DNA from: Anaerolineae bacterium
Lineage (GTDB): Bacteria > Chloroflexota > Anaerolineae > UBA4142
Assembly: GCA_034433515.1 (NCBI GenBank)
Contig: DAOUAL010000004.1
Location: 48,697-112,696 of the forward strand
Length of the DNA stretch: 64,000 nt
Reading direction: 5' to 3'
This document shows positions 27,919 to 36,730 of the stretch, in pieces. Made by a program: the position numbers and the translations under genes. The notes beneath the pieces were generated by a model that was given only the letters and a program-made list of their open reading frames with translations, was not told the origin of the DNA and did no database searches. Each line of letters starts with the position of its first letter. Within the stretch, counting starts at the first letter, position 1.

Positions 27919-28147
27919 TCAAAAATATACCCAAGGTTCGTCGTACGCCAGCACTTACGGTTAACCACGATGCGTTGAACGCTGGCACAAAAACTGGCAA
28001 GCGCGGATAAGAGCGCAACGATGATCAGCCCCATAATCGCTCTGCCTAGCGAAAAGGAAAAACCGAGTCTGAATTTCGCACCTTTGCTAGTGGAATAGCC
28101 TCACCCCTGATCCCTCCCCACGTCGCAAAATGGCATCCGTCACGATT

Positions 28148-28176
28148 TTGCCAAAAATAATGACCTATGCTATATT
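28148..28176 (+). promoter_or_regulatory. tRNA promoter
   Basis: TTGCCA, 17 bp, TATATT with TG extension. Confidence 0.6.
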
Positions 28177-28194
28177 AAGCGGCGTCAGTCGGAC

Positions 28195-28267
28195 GCCACC
28201 TTAGCTCAATCGGTAGAGCAGCCGCATCGTAAGCGGCCGGTTTTCGGTTCAAGTCCGAAAGGTGGCT
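28195..28267 (+). tRNA. tRNA-Thr (CGT)
   Basis: Acceptor stem GCCACCT/AGGTGGC, D-arm GCTC/GAGC, anticodon stem GCCGC/GCGGC with loop ATCGTAA, T-arm TTCGG-TTCAAGT-CCGAA, discriminator U. CCA not encoded. Confidence 0.95.
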
Positions 28268-28335
28268 CTGAATTAAAACAACGCGCAGGTCTGGAATCTA
28301 GCGGGGTTCGAGGTCTGCGCGTTTGCACTTGGTGA

Positions 28336-28363
28336 TTGACACAACCTCGAATTTGGTTAGAAT
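28336..28363 (+). promoter_or_regulatory. Candidate parA promoter
   Basis: TTGACA, 16 bp, TAGAAT. Confidence 0.55.
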
Positions 28364-28394
28364 GCAAAGCAGGGTACGCCGCTCACCTCAGCAC

Positions 28395-28492
28395 TAGTGC
28401 AACAACGTGAAAGAGTTGCAGACCAGACTGATGGGAAGACATTGACAGACGTGGCTAGAAATCGAGTTTTCACCACGCACTTGGGTGCACTA
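28395..28492 (+). mobile_element. MITE family B, copy 2 (98 bp)
   Basis: TA-GTGCAACAACGTGAAA...GGGTGCAC-TA. Aligns with the reverse complement of 5695-5798 with a 6-bp deletion in the right TIR. Confidence 0.85.
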
Positions 28493-28540
28493 CTAGCCGC
28501 AGAGTATAACGATGGATTCGGTGATCTTCCGGAATCAGGA

Positions 28541-29296
28541 ATGACGCGTATCATTGGAGTCCTCAATTACAAAGGTGGCACCGGGAAAACAACAACGGTG
28601 GTCAATCTGGGGGCGGGCTTGGCAATGCGCGGCTCGCGAGTCTTGTGTCTCGATTTGGACACGCAAGGAGCGTTGGCGATTCAGTTGGGAGTGCGCGCGA
28701 GTTTGTCATTACGCCATCTTTTGTTGGAGCAAGCCGAATTTTCTCAATGTGCCATCCGTGCCCGTGAGCGTCTCGATCTGATTCCCAGTGATTCCTCTTT
28801 GCTCGAGGTCGAAGGGGCACTGTGGCGAGGATCAAGTCAGGAACGAGTCCATCACTTTTTTGCGAACCAATTATTTGGCATTGAAAAGGGCTATGACTTT
28901 GTTTTGCTCGATTTTCCACCCTCGCCGAATTTGTTAAGCGAATGCGCGTTGTACTATGTGGAAGAAATCATCATTCCGGTCGCGATGAGTTATATGGCGC
29001 TGATTGGTACCCGACAGGTGATCGAAACGCTTCAGTCTGCTCGACGCGTCGTGGGGTGTCATGCCCGCTTGGCGTGGATTCTCCCCACTTTTTTCAACCC
29101 GCAACTGAAACTGGATAATGAAGTGATCGAAATCTTACGCCGATATTTTCCGGATCAGGTGGCTGCTCCCATTCGATTGAGCATTCATTTGGCGCAAGCG
29201 CCGGGCCATCGCAAGACGATCTACGAATACGCGCCCACCAGCACGGGCGCGTTGGACTATGCGCGTTTCGTCGAAAAGGTTTGTTGTAATGGCTAA
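28541..29296 (+). CDS. ParA/MinD/Soj-family ATPase
   Basis: Deviant Walker A KGGTGKTT, LDLDTQG and Walker B LLDFPP. The ORF-track start at 28397 lies inside a MITE. Confidence 0.92.
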   Translation: MTRIIGVLNYKGGTGKTTTVVNLGAGLAMRGSRVLCLDLDTQGALAIQLGVRASLSLRHLLLEQAEFSQCAIRARERLDLIPSDSSLLEVEGALWRGSSQERVHHFFANQLFGIEKGYDFVLLDFPPSPNLLSECALYYVEEIIIPVAMSYMALIGTRQVIETLQSARRVVGCHARLAWILPTFFNPQLKLDNEVIEILRRYFPDQVAAPIRLSIHLAQAPGHRKTIYEYAPTSTGALDYARFVEKVCCNG

Positions 29297-31325
29297 GCCC
29301 GACGAATTCGAATCTTTGGGCGCGGATCCTTTCGAAGGGATGAAGGATTCCAATGCCGCCAAACCCGGTTCGGGGTTCTCCCTCCTCAAACGTCCTCAAC
29401 TGGATTCGTTGGGTGACGATCCGTTCAAGACAATGGCCAAAGCGGCGCAGGATGACCGAGTGCCGTCTCGGTCTCCTTTTGCCGAATCCCATGAACGCCT
29501 GACGTATCCTGACGAATCGAGCGAGGAACGTGAGCAGATTTCCAACCTCGATCACCTTTTGGCACGCTTTCCCAATTTGGAAATTATTTTCTGGATTCTT
29601 GCCAGCGCGCTGGCGTTCATCGCTTTTTTGTTTTTCGTTCCGACCTTCTTGGGGACAGTCGCTACGCCCACCCCCATTGTGGCGCGAGCCACCCTCACCC
29701 CACGCCCTACCTTGACCCCCATCGTGCGCGGAACGCCGGCGGCAAGCGCGCCAGCGGCTCAATCGCGCGTACCGGTCGTCATTCCACCCTTGCCCCCTCA
29801 CGCTAAACTCTTCGAGTTCACCGCCGATCCGCGACGCACGGGCTGGTTACTTGCCACTGAAGAAGAACCACATTGGGGTGATCGCAACTTGCACGCTGGG
29901 GTGTACAAAGGACAGGTCTATCAATCTATCCTGACTTTTGAAGCCAGTGTATTGGCGCCGGGTTCTCAGATCATCTGGGCAGAGGTCGAACTCACCGGTT
30001 TGAACGGAGGCAATCTGACCCCTAATGGCCGTTGGTCGCTGAAACTATTTCCTGCGGATTGGTCGGCAAGTTGGGGGCTCGGTACCCAAATAGATTATCG
30101 GCGCGTACTCACTGCTGAGATTGGCTCGGCGCTGGTTTCAGCCGATCTGGCGGAAGGTCAGGCAAATCATTTTGTATTCGATTCGACGCAACTGGCACAA
30201 GTGCAAGACGCTTTGAATACAACGGGCCGCTTTGTCTTTCGTCTCGAAGGGGTGGTGTCCAGCAGCGATAGTTTGTTCACCTGGGATGCCGGCGATCGCA
30301 ATTTGCCCACCAGTCCACGACCGGTTTTGCGAATGGTTGCCATTCCCGGTCAATTTGTGATCGTTACACAAACCCCTACGCCGGAAAATGTGCTCACCGC
30401 AGTGGCGGCTTTGGCCCAAGCCACGGCGTATGCCACGCGCTTTGGCACACCCACGCCCTTGCCTCGCCAATATGCCACCGCATTACCGTTGGTTGCCGTT
30501 CCGCCGGTGCCAACACCCGCCAATGTGGAAACCGCCACCGCGCGCGCGGCGTTTGCGACGGCTGTCGCGATGACGACCGGGACTTTTACTCCCACGCCAT
30601 CCAATTGGGCCACCTATACCCCAACCCCAGCGATTGTGGCGCCCACCTTGGGGCCCACCCCAACCCCCACCATCGTGCTTTCACGGTTGGATCTCATCAA
30701 GACCCCCTTCCCCAGCGAGTTGGGTCTGTACGGGAAAATCTTGTTCGTGAGCAATCGCGACGTGAACCGCGATTCGCCGATCTGGGTGATGGCAGCAAAC
30801 GGTGAGGTGATTGGCAGACTGACCGGGACCGCCTACTATCAATTAGCAGAGACGTACGATTTGTTTTCGCCCGACAAGTTGTTCCAAGTGGATGTAGGGC
30901 GAGATGCTCAAGGGCGTTGGCAAATCATGATTCTGGATGTTGCCAAAGGAATCCTTTCGCCTCTGGTTACCGAAGAACCGCGCGCCTTAGGACAAGGTGC
31001 GTATCATCCTGCGTGGGCGCCCACCGGCGATCGCATCGCCTTTGTATCCGAACGGTCAGGTAGTCCGGAAATCTATGTGTACAACCTCAAGACCAAGGTT
31101 ACCACGCGGCTGACGTTCACGCCGGTGGATCCGCAACGCGGTTATCCACCTTACAACAAACATCCTTCGTGGTCGCCGGATGGCAACCAAATCGTCTTTT
31201 TCTCCGATCGCGATACCTGGCCCCCCCGCGATCAACTTTGGATTATGAATGCGGATGGCGGTGGCGTACGCAACCTGAGCCCCAGTCCCTTTAGTGACTC
31301 GAATCCGGTTTGGATCAAGCGCTAG
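29289..31325 (+). CDS. Membrane-anchored protein: acidic cytoplasmic N-terminus, one TM helix, beta-sandwich domain, Pro/Thr linkers, C-terminal TolB-like PD40 propeller
   Basis: TM IIFWILASALAFIAFLFFV; PD40 motifs HPAWAPTGDRIAFVS and HPSWSPDGNQIVFFS. Start overlaps the parA stop. Confidence 0.75.
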   Translation: MAKPDEFESLGADPFEGMKDSNAAKPGSGFSLLKRPQLDSLGDDPFKTMAKAAQDDRVPSRSPFAESHERLTYPDESSEEREQISNLDHLLARFPNLEIIFWILASALAFIAFLFFVPTFLGTVATPTPIVARATLTPRPTLTPIVRGTPAASAPAAQSRVPVVIPPLPPHAKLFEFTADPRRTGWLLATEEEPHWGDRNLHAGVYKGQVYQSILTFEASVLAPGSQIIWAEVELTGLNGGNLTPNGRWSLKLFPADWSASWGLGTQIDYRRVLTAEIGSALVSADLAEGQANHFVFDSTQLAQVQDALNTTGRFVFRLEGVVSSSDSLFTWDAGDRNLPTSPRPVLRMVAIPGQFVIVTQTPTPENVLTAVAALAQATAYATRFGTPTPLPRQYATALPLVAVPPVPTPANVETATARAAFATAVAMTTGTFTPTPSNWATYTPTPAIVAPTLGPTPTPTIVLSRLDLIKTPFPSELGLYGKILFVSNRDVNRDSPIWVMAANGEVIGRLTGTAYYQLAETYDLFSPDKLFQVDVGRDAQGRWQIMILDVAKGILSPLVTEEPRALGQGAYHPAWAPTGDRIAFVSERSGSPEIYVYNLKTKVTTRLTFTPVDPQRGYPPYNKHPSWSPDGNQIVFFSDRDTWPPRDQLWIMNADGGGVRNLSPSPFSDSNPVWIKR

Positions 31326-31337
31326 TCTTGCAGATCG

Positions 31338-31375
31338 AACAGGCGAGGTCAATCACAACCTCGCCTGTTTTTTTT
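31338..31375 (+). terminator. Intrinsic terminator
   Basis: AACAGGCGAGGT/ACCTCGCCTGTT stem followed by a T-run. Confidence 0.85.
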
Positions 31376-31499
31376 GTTTCTACATCAAACACCCCATATC
31401 GGAATGGGGTCTGTGCGACATAGCAAAATACGTTGCCCAACGGATGGCGAATGAGGGAGCAATAATGCTATAAGGAGCATGGTGTTGAGGAGGTGCAAA

Positions 31500-31580
31500 A
31501 TGTCAATCCTATGCTTGGTTCTCGTTTCGATGTTTGTTCTGATCGCGTTTAGTGGCTTGTGGCAATGGAACAAGGTCTAG
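31500..31580 (+). CDS. Putative 26-aa small membrane protein (not in ORF track)
   Basis: GAGGAGG RBS; MSILCLVLVSMFVLIAFSGLWQWNKV is a single hydrophobic helix. Confidence 0.5.
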   Translation: MSILCLVLVSMFVLIAFSGLWQWNKV

Positions 31581-31696
31581 CGAGTCTGCATACGTTATGG
31601 GGTCTTGCTTTTATTCCAAGATACATTGATTAACGGATGGAAAATGTAGGGTGCCTAGGTGTATAAAACAAGTGGAGAAAGAAAGGGAGGTGCCCC

Positions 31697-31822
31697 ATGT
31701 TGTATGACATCTTGTTGGTTCTCACGATCTTTGGAACGCGTGTCGTTGTGCCCATCTTTGCAACGCTGTTGTTGGGCAGGTTGTTGGAACGTGCCTTGCG
31801 CCAAGGCGCTCGTCCCGCCTAA
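31697..31822 (+). CDS. 41-aa small membrane protein (not in ORF track)
   Basis: GGGAGG RBS; MLYDILLVLTIFGTRVVVPIFATLLLGRLLERALRQGARPA shares the R...P......G..LE..L motif with neighbouring proteins. Confidence 0.7.
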   Translation: MLYDILLVLTIFGTRVVVPIFATLLLGRLLERALRQGARPA

Positions 31823-31840
31823 GGCACATTGGGGGAGCCA

Positions 31841-32194
31841 ATGATTCCACAAGATTTGCTTGATGCTATCGCTGTGATCGTGATGTTCATTTTGCGTATT
31901 GGGATGCCGATTGCGTTGACGCTTGCGTTTGGGTATTGGCTAGAAAAGAAACTTGCCCCACGCGAACGAGAGCAAGAACTCCTCCCGCGACAACGCATCG
32001 CTAAGGAGGATCCCAAGATCATTCAACTGCATTGCTGGGACGTCAAACGCTGTGACGCGACCCAGCGCGCCCAATGCGCTGCCTACCAGCATCCCGAATT
32101 GCCGTGTTGGCTTGCCCTGCAAGCCGAAGGGGCTCAAGTGCGTGAGGAATGTTTTACCTGCGCATTGTATAAACCACAAACCAAAGCCGCTTAG
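31841..32194 (+). CDS. Membrane-anchored Cys-rich protein (two-CW-like domain)
   Basis: N-terminal TM helix, then HCWDVKRC...QCAAY...PCW...ECFTCALY. Confidence 0.7.
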   Translation: MIPQDLLDAIAVIVMFILRIGMPIALTLAFGYWLEKKLAPREREQELLPRQRIAKEDPKIIQLHCWDVKRCDATQRAQCAAYQHPELPCWLALQAEGAQVREECFTCALYKPQTKAA

Positions 32195-32221
32195 CAATAC
32201 ATATTCTTTTTGGAGGCAACC

Positions 32222-33121
32222 ATGAAACTATCCCGACGTGATTTTCTGAAACTGTGCGGTGCCGGCGCCGCTATGCTGGGCATTGGTGCAACGACCGCCC
32301 CGCCCGATTTAGGCAAACTTGCGCGCGATGTTCCGATCGCCAAAAATGTTGGCGGTATCTTGATTGATACGACGCGTTGCGTGGGATGCAAGAGTTGTCA
32401 GATGGCCTGCAAAGTTGCCAATGGCCTTCCTACCAACGATCGCCCGGTCGCACTCTCCCCCACCACCTTGACGATTGTAGATTTTCGCAACATCTCGACC
32501 AAGGTGGATCAGCCAGAGATCCAGCCGGTCAAACGGCAATGTATGCACTGCCAGGATGCGGCGTGCGTCTCGGTGTGTCCGGTCGGTGCGCTGTACAAGA
32601 CGGAAAAGGGATTTGTTGCCTACGATGCTGACAAATGTATCGGTTGTCGCTATTGTATGGTGGCGTGTCCTTTCGGTGTGCCCAAGTATGATTGGGATTC
32701 TCCCAATCCCAAGATCAACAAGTGCGCTCTCGGTTGTATGGCGAACGGTCAACGCAACACGCCTGCCTGTGTGCAAGCATGTCCGCAAAAAGCGCTGTAC
32801 TATGGCGATCGCCAGGAATTGTTGACCATTGCGCGTTCGCAGATCGCCAACAATCCCGGCAAGTATCTCAACCACATTTACGGTGCCAACGAACTGGGCG
32901 GAACCGGTGTAATGTACCTTGCCAAGACGCCCTTTGATCAATTGGGTTTTCGCACCGATTTGCCGAACGAACCGTTGCCCAATCTGACCTGGGCGGCGCA
33001 AGAGAAAATCCCGGCGGTGCTGGCAAGCGTGTTTGCTCTGCTGAGCGGGATTGCATGGTGGACCCATCGCACCGAAGCCCGAAAGATGGCAGAGGTGCCG
33101 GTGGAAGCACAACACGATTAA
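32222..33121 (+). CDS. Tat-exported 4Fe-4S dicluster protein (HybA/NrfC family), C-terminal TM anchor
   Basis: SRRDFLK Tat signal; CVGCKSCQMAC, CMHCQDAACVSVCP, CIGCRYCMVACP and KCALGC...PACVQACP. Confidence 0.9.
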   Translation: MKLSRRDFLKLCGAGAAMLGIGATTAPPDLGKLARDVPIAKNVGGILIDTTRCVGCKSCQMACKVANGLPTNDRPVALSPTTLTIVDFRNISTKVDQPEIQPVKRQCMHCQDAACVSVCPVGALYKTEKGFVAYDADKCIGCRYCMVACPFGVPKYDWDSPNPKINKCALGCMANGQRNTPACVQACPQKALYYGDRQELLTIARSQIANNPGKYLNHIYGANELGGTGVMYLAKTPFDQLGFRTDLPNEPLPNLTWAAQEKIPAVLASVFALLSGIAWWTHRTEARKMAEVPVEAQHD

Positions 33122-33151
33122 CGCAAGCAAAACTATTTAGGAGAGATAACC

Positions 33152-34705
33152 ATGTCACCTACCCTTCAAACCTTACTGATTGCGTTCGTTGGTCTCGTGA
33201 TCGTCGTTGCGCCGTTTGTGTTCATCTTTGGCGTGCTCTACCCGCTCAAACGACGGCTGGAACCGGAAGAACAACCGTCGCGTGTCAAACTACCTTTCAA
33301 TGCTCATCCCATTGCGGTGTTTGCCGTTGCGCTGGTTGTTGTGGCGGCAATAGGCATCGTGCTTTACACGCTGATCACCAATCAATTTGTTGACTTGCTA
33401 ATCCTCTTTCGCGATGTGATTACGTTAGCGTACTTGTTCTTGCTGCGCATTGTCGCTCCGCTCGTCGTGTTGTACTTGGGCGGCCGCTGGTTGGAACGCA
33501 AGTTGCACCCAGCGACCACCGAGAGCGAGAGCCGTTTGGCCGAGCGCATGCCGGTTTTGCAAAAGGTCAAGATGCCTGTGCTCACCTCGCGCGGTTTGTT
33601 GGCGATTCTCTTCTTGGCAATCTTATGGATGGCTGCCATTGGCATTGCGATCTCGCGGTTTTTGTTTGGCTTGTCCTATGTGACGAACCTGACCGACGAA
33701 TTTCCGTGGGGACTGTGGATCGGCTTTGATGTGATGAGCGGCGTGGCGCTTGCTGCCGGCGGCTTTGTCATTGCCGGGACAGTGCACGTGTTCAACATCA
33801 AACGATTTCACCCGATTGTCCGCCCCGCCATTTTGACCGCGTTGCTCGGCTACTTGCTTGTCATCGTTGGCTTGTTGTTCGATCTGGGGCGTTGGTACAA
33901 CATATGGCACCCTATCTTTTTCTGGAACCTTCACTCGCCCATGTTCGAAGTGGCCTGGTGCGTAATGCTCTACACGACGGTTTTAATGTTCGAGTTCAGT
34001 CCGGTGGTCTTTGAAAAACTGCGTTGGCAACGTGCACTCAAATTCATGCGTGCCATCACCATCCCGCTCGTCATTCTAGGAATGTGTCTCTCCACATTAC
34101 ACCAATCCTCGCTGGGAGCGTTGCTCTTGATCGCGCCGGAGAAAATCAATCCGCTATGGTATTCGGCGTGGATTCCCGTGTTCTTCTTCCTCAGCGCCGT
34201 CGGCGTTGGGTTAGGCATGACGATTGTCGAAGCCAACCTGTCCGCGCGCGCACTGCATCGTAAATTGGAAACAGACCTGCTCGCCGATTTGGGCAAGGCG
34301 GCCTCGGTGGTCGTGGCGATCTATTTGTTCGCTCGCTTTGCTGATCTCATCTATCGCGGCGTCATCGGCTATGCGTTCATGCCCGGCTTTCATGCCACGA
34401 TTTTCTGGATCGAGATTCTGTTGGGCTTTGCCACACCGATGGGCTTGATGGCGTTCAAGCGGTTCCGCGCCAAACCTAATCTCGTGTTCTTGGGCGGCGG
34501 GCTGATCGTCTTTGGGGTGGTGTTCAATCGGTTGAACTCGTCTCTCTTGGGAACCTGGCAATACGTCAACAGTGCAAAACCATACATCCCTTCGGTTGCC
34601 GAGTTGACCATTACCATTGCGCTCGTCAGCGCGGGGGTAGTGGCGTTCGGACTTGCCGCCAAGTTCTTGCCCTTGTTCCCTAACGAGGAACATGCTCACG
34701 CTTAG
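33152..34705 (+). CDS. NrfD/PsrC/HybB-family quinone-interacting membrane subunit with N-terminal extension
   Basis: PWGLWIGFD, GVALAAGGF, FDLGR, SPMFEVAWC, LSTLHQSSLG, RLNS. About 140 extra N-terminal residues. Confidence 0.9.
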   Translation: MSPTLQTLLIAFVGLVIVVAPFVFIFGVLYPLKRRLEPEEQPSRVKLPFNAHPIAVFAVALVVVAAIGIVLYTLITNQFVDLLILFRDVITLAYLFLLRIVAPLVVLYLGGRWLERKLHPATTESESRLAERMPVLQKVKMPVLTSRGLLAILFLAILWMAAIGIAISRFLFGLSYVTNLTDEFPWGLWIGFDVMSGVALAAGGFVIAGTVHVFNIKRFHPIVRPAILTALLGYLLVIVGLLFDLGRWYNIWHPIFFWNLHSPMFEVAWCVMLYTTVLMFEFSPVVFEKLRWQRALKFMRAITIPLVILGMCLSTLHQSSLGALLLIAPEKINPLWYSAWIPVFFFLSAVGVGLGMTIVEANLSARALHRKLETDLLADLGKAASVVVAIYLFARFADLIYRGVIGYAFMPGFHATIFWIEILLGFATPMGLMAFKRFRAKPNLVFLGGGLIVFGVVFNRLNSSLLGTWQYVNSAKPYIPSVAELTITIALVSAGVVAFGLAAKFLPLFPNEEHAHA

Positions 34706-34743
34706 CGAGAAGAGCACCTATTCCGGTTGACCATTCCAGAGGA

Positions 34744-34772
34744 GTAGAGACGTTGGATTACAACGTCTCTAT
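34744..34772. repeat. REP-like palindrome (GTAGAGACG family)
   Basis: GTAGAGACGTTG-GATTA-CAACGTCTCTAT; same family as 50361-50393. Confidence 0.7.
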
Positions 34773-34823
34773 TTCCCGTTTGTAAGAACCATGGGATCCT
34801 GAACTTGAGTGTAAAAAGAGAAG

Positions 34824-36719
34824 ATGGAAAACATCCGGCGTTTGTTTTGGCACAAATTGATTCATTCGATTCGAAATGTGGGCTTGAGTACCCAGATGGC
34901 ATTATTGGTCATCGTGGGTACGGTAACGATGATCAGCGTGTTTGCCTATTTGGGTACCGGGGCACTTAGCGAAAGCACGCAACGCAATCTCCAAGAGCGT
35001 GTGCTTTTAGCGCAAATGACTGCCAGTTATATGGATGCCTTGCTCCAAAATATCGAGAACGCCTTGACTGAAACTGCCAGCGAATCCTATTGGACTGAAC
35101 CGCAACGTCTCGATTACGCGATGGAGCAAGCCTATCGGCGTCTTTCGTTCTTTGCCTCACGCGTGTTGTTGGTGGATGGGCAGGGTCGGATGATTGCTTC
35201 AAAACCAATCCTGCTGGGTGAACTCTCGTTGGCGGATGCACCACCCGTGCTTGCTGCGTTGGATGGCAAATCGTTTGCTGTTTCGCACATCGTCCAAACC
35301 TATCCTGCTCTAGGTCCGAGTATCTTTGCGGCAACCCCCATTCGCGATGCATCCGGCAAAGTGATTTACGCGCTCGTGATCACCCTGACTTTTAACAATA
35401 CCAACGCGCGCGCCTTTGCGCGTCCCATCGGTTTGGGCGAGAGCGGTTATATGGACTTGGTGGCGATGGATGGTCAGATTCTTGCCAGCACACGGCCCAG
35501 CCGGGTGAACCAGCAAAGCGATCACGAAGAGAGTCTGATGAGTATGATTCGTGATCATCGTCAGACAGTCTCGGCTTGCCACGATTGTCATACGCCGATT
35601 GCAGAAGGGGTGCCGCAAGCCGAAGTCCTCGCGTTTGCGCCGCTTGACCGCGCGTTGTGGGGTGTCACCATTCATCAAAGTGAAGCCGAAGTTTTTGCGC
35701 CGACCCGGCTTTTGCAGAGCCGCATCTTTGCGTTGATGACGGTGATGCTCACCGGCGCATTGACGCTGGTTTATCTCGCGACGCGGAGCGTGATCGTGCC
35801 CGTGCAAGAATTGACGGTTGCCACGCGCCGCATTGCGGAAGGTGATTTGGATTCACCGATCGAAGCCTCGGCGCAGGGCGAAGTGGGAGTGCTGGCACGC
35901 GCCTTTGATGAGATGCGTGTGCGTCTCAAGCAATCCACGGAAGAGATTCAGGCGCTGAATCGCGATCTGGACGCGCGGGTGCAAGAACGCACGACGCAAT
36001 ATGAGGCGGCGGCACGCGAGAATGCACGGCTGTACGCCGAGTTGCAACGCAAGGAACAGATGAAGGGTGAACTCCTCCATCGCATTATTTCCGCGCAAGA
36101 AGATGAACGCAAACGGATTGCGCGTGAATTGCATGATGAAACGAGCCAAAGTCTGAGCGCGTTTATGGTGGGCTTGCAAACGGTGCAGATGGCCTTGCAC
36201 CACGATCCGCAAAAAGCCAGCCAGCATCTCAAAAGTTGTGAAACCATCGCCGAATCCTTGTTGCAGAACATCCATCGGCTCATTGCCGATCTGCGTCCCA
36301 GTTTGCTCGATGATCTGGGTTTGGTGCCTGCCATTGCTTGGTATGGCGAGCAACGTTTGCATCCGCTGGGCATCCAGTTTCATATGGATCAAGAGGGCGT
36401 TACCGAACGGCTCCAACCAGCGTTGGAAACTGCCTTCTTTCGCATCGTTCAAGAAGCCATTACCAACACCACCCGTTATGCGCGCGCGTCGAATGTCTGG
36501 GTCAAGTTAATGCGCCAAGATGGTTTGGTGGTATTGCGCGTGGCGGATGATGGACAGGGTTTTGATCCTCAGGTGTTGCAACGCGCCAATTCCCAAGGGC
36601 AAGGATTAGGATTGCGCGGGATGCAAGAACGTGCTAGCATCTTGGGCGGCGAGTTTGAGTTGCAAACCGCTCCGGGTAAAGGCACGGTTATTACCGTGCG
36701 GGTGCCGCTTGCCGGCTAG
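34824..36719 (+). CDS. Sensor histidine kinase (Cache-like periplasmic domain with CxxCH, HAMP, HisKA_3)
   Basis: Two TM helices, ACHDCH between them, HAMP, EDERKRIARELHDE H-box, DDGQGF and GLGLRGMQER. Confidence 0.92.
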   Translation: MENIRRLFWHKLIHSIRNVGLSTQMALLVIVGTVTMISVFAYLGTGALSESTQRNLQERVLLAQMTASYMDALLQNIENALTETASESYWTEPQRLDYAMEQAYRRLSFFASRVLLVDGQGRMIASKPILLGELSLADAPPVLAALDGKSFAVSHIVQTYPALGPSIFAATPIRDASGKVIYALVITLTFNNTNARAFARPIGLGESGYMDLVAMDGQILASTRPSRVNQQSDHEESLMSMIRDHRQTVSACHDCHTPIAEGVPQAEVLAFAPLDRALWGVTIHQSEAEVFAPTRLLQSRIFALMTVMLTGALTLVYLATRSVIVPVQELTVATRRIAEGDLDSPIEASAQGEVGVLARAFDEMRVRLKQSTEEIQALNRDLDARVQERTTQYEAAARENARLYAELQRKEQMKGELLHRIISAQEDERKRIARELHDETSQSLSAFMVGLQTVQMALHHDPQKASQHLKSCETIAESLLQNIHRLIADLRPSLLDDLGLVPAIAWYGEQRLHPLGIQFHMDQEGVTERLQPALETAFFRIVQEAITNTTRYARASNVWVKLMRQDGLVVLRVADDGQGFDPQVLQRANSQGQGLGLRGMQERASILGGEFELQTAPGKGTVITVRVPLAG

Positions 36720-36730
36720 AGGGGTGTGCT

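Noticed and set aside
27789-28034. Small hydrophobic minus-strand ORF
   Set aside because: No clear RBS, and half of it runs through MITE A copy 2.
28195-28300. Prophage or integrative element at tRNA-Thr
   Set aside because: No integrase gene and no visible duplicate of the tRNA 3' end in the window.
28397-28540. N-terminal extension of ParA in the ORF track
   Set aside because: It starts inside MITE family B. The ParA fold begins at ATG 28541 (MTRIIG).
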